From a virus: 44,330 bases of DNA. Below are positions 41,570 through 44,330 of the stretch, in pieces (position 1 is the first letter of the stretch; each line of letters begins with the position of its first letter). The stretch lies in IMG/VR virus record IMGVR_UViG_3300010384_000013. The stretch is one strand, 5' to 3'. The notes beneath the pieces are model-generated. The model was given only the letters and a program-made list of their open reading frames with translations. It was not told the DNA's origin and did no database searches. A program made the translations under genes and the position numbers.

Positions 41570-41991
41570 GCAAGCCTGCCACTGTTGATATCGGGGATGA
41601 CGAGCCGGTGACTCTGGCGGAGGCCTCTCGGATCATCCTACGGGGCATTGTCTCGGTCTCTGCCTTGCGCGCAGAAATCAGGAGAGGCAACCTTGCCGTC
41701 GAGCGGATCGGCAAAAACCTGTTCACGACGCCGGCCGCCATAAGGGAGATGAGGAGCAAATGCCGCGTCATGCCGAACCGCCAAGATTATACCTCAGAAA
41801 AGACCGAGGTCAAAGCGTCTGGATCATCCGAGACGGCGGCAAAGACAAGCGAACTGGATGCGCTGAAAGCGAGCGTCCGCGCGCTGAAAACAGGTTCGCT
41901 GAGTACCTTGCGCAGAAGCACGCCGCGCGGCCGGCAAAAGGCGGAAAGTCCGATACCATTTCCATCGCGGAAGTCCTCCGCGTCTACGTGA
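41563..41991 (+). CDS. excisionase-like HTH DNA-binding protein with a long Ser/Thr/Lys-rich tail
   Basis: ATG 41563. VTLAEASRIILRGIVSVSALRAEIRRGNLAVERIGKNLFTTPAAIREM is an Xis/AlpA-type HTH. There is no stop until 41991, so the last 232 nt overlap the integrase ORF out of frame. Confidence 0.5.
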   Translation: MVSKPATVDIGDDEPVTLAEASRIILRGIVSVSALRAEIRRGNLAVERIGKNLFTTPAAIREMRSKCRVMPNRQDYTSEKTEVKASGSSETAAKTSELDALKASVRALKTGSLSTLRRSTPRGRQKAESPIPFPSRKSSAST

Positions 41992-42812
41992 TGGAACACG
42001 CCCCGACCACGGCCAAGCCGAAGCTCATCGCCGAGCATATCGAGGGGCTGACCGACTATTGGGGGGAGAAGAAGGTTTCCAGCATCAAGGGTGCGACATG
42101 CCGTCAGTTCGCAGCGAAGAAGACACCGAGCATGGCGCGGCGCGAACTGGAAACACTGAGAGCTGCGGTGAACTATTTCCACAAGGAATACGGTCTGGAT
42201 CCGGTGCCGGCATTCACGATGCCGCCGAAGCCGCGCTCGCGCGAGCGCTGGCTAACTCGGACAGAAGCGGCGAGATTGCTCCGGAGCGCAAGAGGGATGC
42301 CGCACTTGCAGCGATTCATACTTATCGCGCTATACACGGGGACAAGATCGGGGGCTGTTCTCAAGCTATCCTGGCTGGCCTCTATCAGCACTGGCTACGT
42401 AGACTTGCAGAGAGGGATTCTCTACCGCTCCGGCTCAGAGCAGCGGGCTACGAAGAAAAGGCAGCCGCCGGCGGCGATTCCTTCTAGGCTTCTCGCCCAT
42501 CTTAGACGCTGGAAGCGGTTGGACGGCGGCATCAAAAACGTCGTCAACTGGAACGGTTCTTCGGTTCTTTCCGTGAAGAAAGCATTCCGTTCAGCACGCG
42601 AAAATGCTAAACTTTCCAAGGACGTAATACCGCACACGCTTCGCCACACATGCGCTACTTGGCTGATGCAGGCCGGCGTAGAATCGTGGCAGGCGGCGGG
42701 CTTCTTGGGGATGACTGTCGAGATGCTTGAGCGCACCTACGGGCACCATAGCCCAACGTTCCAGAGAGACGCCTCGGAAGCCTTGACCGGAAAACGAATG
42801 GCTGCGCACTGA
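41760..42812 (+). CDS. int: tyrosine integrase
   Basis: 350 aa. Arm-type N-terminus (PRLYLRKDRGQSVWIIRDGGKDKRTGC). Catalytic TGTRSG (Arg), HTLRHT (HxxR) and RTYGHH (Tyr). It is adjacent to the tRNA-derived attP core. Confidence 0.9.
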   Translation: MPRHAEPPRLYLRKDRGQSVWIIRDGGKDKRTGCAESERPRAENRFAEYLAQKHAARPAKGGKSDTISIAEVLRVYVMEHAPTTAKPKLIAEHIEGLTDYWGEKKVSSIKGATCRQFAAKKTPSMARRELETLRAAVNYFHKEYGLDPVPAFTMPPKPRSRERWLTRTEAARLLRSARGMPHLQRFILIALYTGTRSGAVLKLSWLASISTGYVDLQRGILYRSGSEQRATKKRQPPAAIPSRLLAHLRRWKRLDGGIKNVVNWNGSSVLSVKKAFRSARENAKLSKDVIPHTLRHTCATWLMQAGVESWQAAGFLGMTVEMLERTYGHHSPTFQRDASEALTGKRMAAH

Positions 42813-42903
42813 ATGCGCACAGGAATAACCGACACCAACTGAAACGAACGTGAACGAACAAGGCACATAAGGCGATTGCGGAATGAACAGAATGGCCGGA
42901 ATG

Positions 42904-42952
42904 CTCGTTCGGGACGAGGGGGTCGCAGGTTCAAATCCTGCCACTCCGACCA
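42904..42952 (+). other. attP core candidate: 3' 49 nt of a tRNA-Pro(CGG) (anticodon stem to CCA)
   Basis: CTCG-TTCGGGA-CGAGG GGGTC GCAGG-TTCAAAT-CCTGC CACTCCG-A-CCA parallels E. coli tRNA-Pro(CGG) from the anticodon arm to the 3' end. The upstream sequence gives a 6/7 acceptor match (CGGAATG, 42879-85) but no D-arm, so it is not a functional tRNA. Confidence 0.75.
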
Positions 42953-43156
42953 GTGAGCGCACAGAAACGCGCACAGAAATCCCGAAAAACTTCCATCCGC
43001 GCTGGTATTTTCCGCCGAATTTCGGGCTTCACGAATACCCGGCTGGAATCATCTATGGCCCATGCGTCTGCGGTAGCTGGCCCGGTGGCGAATGCCTTCA
43101 ATGCCCGATTGCCCCCTCGCCTTTAGGGTCTACAGATACAATGCTGGGAGAAGCCG

Positions 43157-43330
43157 ATGTGGGACGATGACGTAATGCCCGTAGAGATCAGACCAGGGAT
43201 CACTGTGCTGATCAAGGGCATCCCGTGGGATCTGACAAAAGCCGAGGCCGAGAAGCTGGCGAACGTTGTTACCGCTCTTGCTAGCCCCGCCCCATCCAGA
43301 GAGGATAGCCCCCATGGCACGAGCGGATGA
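43157..43330 (+). CDS. small hypothetical protein (57 aa, below the ORF-track cutoff)
   Basis: GGGAGAA precedes ATG 43157. Sequence MWDDDVMPVEIRPGITVLIKGIPWDLTKAEAEKLANVVTALASPAPSREDSPHGTSG. Confidence 0.45.
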   Translation: MWDDDVMPVEIRPGITVLIKGIPWDLTKAEAEKLANVVTALASPAPSREDSPHGTSG

Positions 43331-43472
43331 CGCGTTCTTCGGTAAGCTAGTTCACTGGTTGGCTGCGCACGATCTGGAAATGCACACACCGCAGCGAGGC
43401 GAAACCTATGTCTGCAAACGCCGGCCGAAGCAGCCGCGTTTTGCCGCCATCCGCCAGGACAACCCCCAATGA
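43314..43472 (+). CDS. small hypothetical protein (52 aa)
   Basis: ATG 43314 (MARADDAFFGKLVHWLAAHDLEMH...). Confidence 0.4.
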   Translation: MARADDAFFGKLVHWLAAHDLEMHTPQRGETYVCKRRPKQPRFAAIRQDNPQ

Positions 43473-43738
43473 GACGTGACTCCGACTGGAACGACATGGC
43501 TACCGCTCCGCTCGACGGCAGTACATTCCTCGCCAAGCTTTCAAGCGGTCGGGAGGTGTTGGCTGAATGGTGGGAAGGTCCACCGGGCAAGGAAGAAGAA
43601 TGGGGCGGCTGGGGCATTTGTGTGACCCGCAGCTTTTGCGAGGGCACAATGAATGAGGACTGCGGCGCTGAAATGATCGGCTGGCGCCCGCTTCTGCCGC
43701 AGAAGCCGTTTGATGAGGAAGGCGGAATCCCTCAATGA
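43469..43738 (+). CDS. hypothetical protein (DUF551-like Trp-rich small phage protein)
   Basis: 89 aa. Sequence includes WNDMATAPLDGSTFLAKLSSGREVLAEWWEG. Confidence 0.6.
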   Translation: MRRDSDWNDMATAPLDGSTFLAKLSSGREVLAEWWEGPPGKEEEWGGWGICVTRSFCEGTMNEDCGAEMIGWRPLLPQKPFDEEGGIPQ

Positions 43739-43854
43739 GAACACGACGTGATGCCAAGCTCGTTATCGCCCTGCTCCCCATCGCCCTCATAGTAGGATGC
43801 GCAGTGGCAGCAGGGCATTATTGGTTTGGACTGTTTCCGGATATGAAGTGGTAG
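43735..43854 (+). CDS. small membrane / lipoprotein-like peptide (39 aa)
   Basis: ATGA overlap with the upstream gene. Sequence MRTRRDAKLVIALLPIALIVGCAVAAGHYWFGLFPDMKW. Confidence 0.35.
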   Translation: MRTRRDAKLVIALLPIALIVGCAVAAGHYWFGLFPDMKW

Positions 43855-43859
43855 GAGCG

Positions 43860-44060
43860 ATGACGGGAAGTGATATCTATCTGACTGTAGGTGACGATCC
43901 GAAAGGACGCGGCTTGCTGGCCATTATCAGCCGTGGCCACCCCCAGAAGGGCGATGAGAACTGCACGGTGCTGACTCTTGAGGTGGTGAAGAATATGAAG
44001 GCAGCAAAGGCATGGTTCCGGCGAATGAAGGTAGAGCAACCGTGGGAAGCGCGCCAGTGA
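43860..44060 (+). CDS. hypothetical protein (66 aa)
   Basis: AGGAGCG precedes ATG 43860. Confidence 0.5.
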   Translation: MTGSDIYLTVGDDPKGRGLLAIISRGHPQKGDENCTVLTLEVVKNMKAAKAWFRRMKVEQPWEARQ

Positions 44061-44098
44061 GCTATCCGCCTTTGGAGCGCTGGCCTATATTCTGAAGC

Positions 44099-44330
44099 AT
44101 GAGCGAAGAGATGATGCAGACCGGCTACGAAACCCGCGAAGAAATGATCCGCGACCATTGGAAGCGCTACGGCTACCATTGGGATGTGGAGAAGTGGCCG
44201 CGCCTAAAGCTGCCGATCCGGAACAAGGCATACCCGTTCATGGCTTTGGTCCAAAATGGCGATGCTGGTGTCCAGCCTGAAATCGCACTGGAATATAGCT
44301 TCCATCGCGGCACTCTCGATGGTCGTCCAG
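44099..44330 (+). CDS. hypothetical protein, N-terminal part (continues across the contig junction to 105)
   Basis: ATG 44099 (MSEEMMQTGYETREEMIRDHWKRYGYHWDVEKW...). There is no stop before the contig end, and the frame continues in 1..105. Confidence 0.55.
   Translation, partial: MSEEMMQTGYETREEMIRDHWKRYGYHWDVEKWPRLKLPIRNKAYPFMALVQNGDAGVQPEIALEYSFHRGTLDGRP
44276..44330. repeat. 55-bp terminal direct repeat, identical to 1..55
   Basis: Exact duplicate of the first 55 bases of the window. Confidence 0.95.

Noticed and set aside
42883-43170. 95-aa plus-strand ORF downstream of int
   Set aside because: Its N-terminal third is a translation of the tRNA-Pro-derived attP core. There is no SD. 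The more likely coding start in this area is ATG 43157.

Overview
The window is a complete temperate phage or excised prophage genome. Bases 1-55 are identical to 44276-44330, so the contig closes into a circle of about 44,275 unique bp. GC is roughly 60% and the protein families look alphaproteobacterial (Rhizobiales-like); the host call is inference only.

Genome layout:
- Minus-strand block, 33119 down to 102: a Cro-like gene and small ORFs; two HNH endonucleases; a lipoprotein; a C5 DNA methyltransferase; RusA; a DpdA-like transglycosylase with a deoxyribosyltransferase-like protein and a YhhQ-type transporter (7-deazaguanine DNA modification module); and a NusG-like factor. After a ~480-nt ORF-free leader come small and large terminase, a P22-type portal, scaffold and P22-type coat. 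Next are a glycosyltransferase, podovirus-type tail and internal proteins (no sheath, tube or tape measure) and a SleB-like hydrolase. The block ends with tail fibres and a lysis cassette (holin, SAR endolysin, i-/o-spanins).
- Plus-strand block, 34628 across the junction to 105: many small early ORFs, RecT, NinB, a Ref/DUF968-like protein, a DUF550 (MazZ-like) fusion, DUF4406, an Xis-like HTH gene, a tyrosine integrase, and an attP core made of the 3' 49 nt of a tRNA-Pro(CGG).
- Immunity region: an S24-type CI repressor divergent from the Cro-like gene, with two TGCGTA-N4-TACGCA operators between them. A second wHTH regulator is divergent from the early operon.

Most unusual content: a translationally coupled envelope gene set downstream of the lysis cassette (2741-4447). 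It encodes a secreted protein, a minimal MotA/ExbB-like channel, an ExbD-like protein and a 2-TM protein. A Fis-HTH metallophosphoesterase operon follows it (1138-2713). I flag this as a candidate undescribed stator-like phage accessory or defence module.

All functional calls rest on motif recognition by eye. No database search was run.
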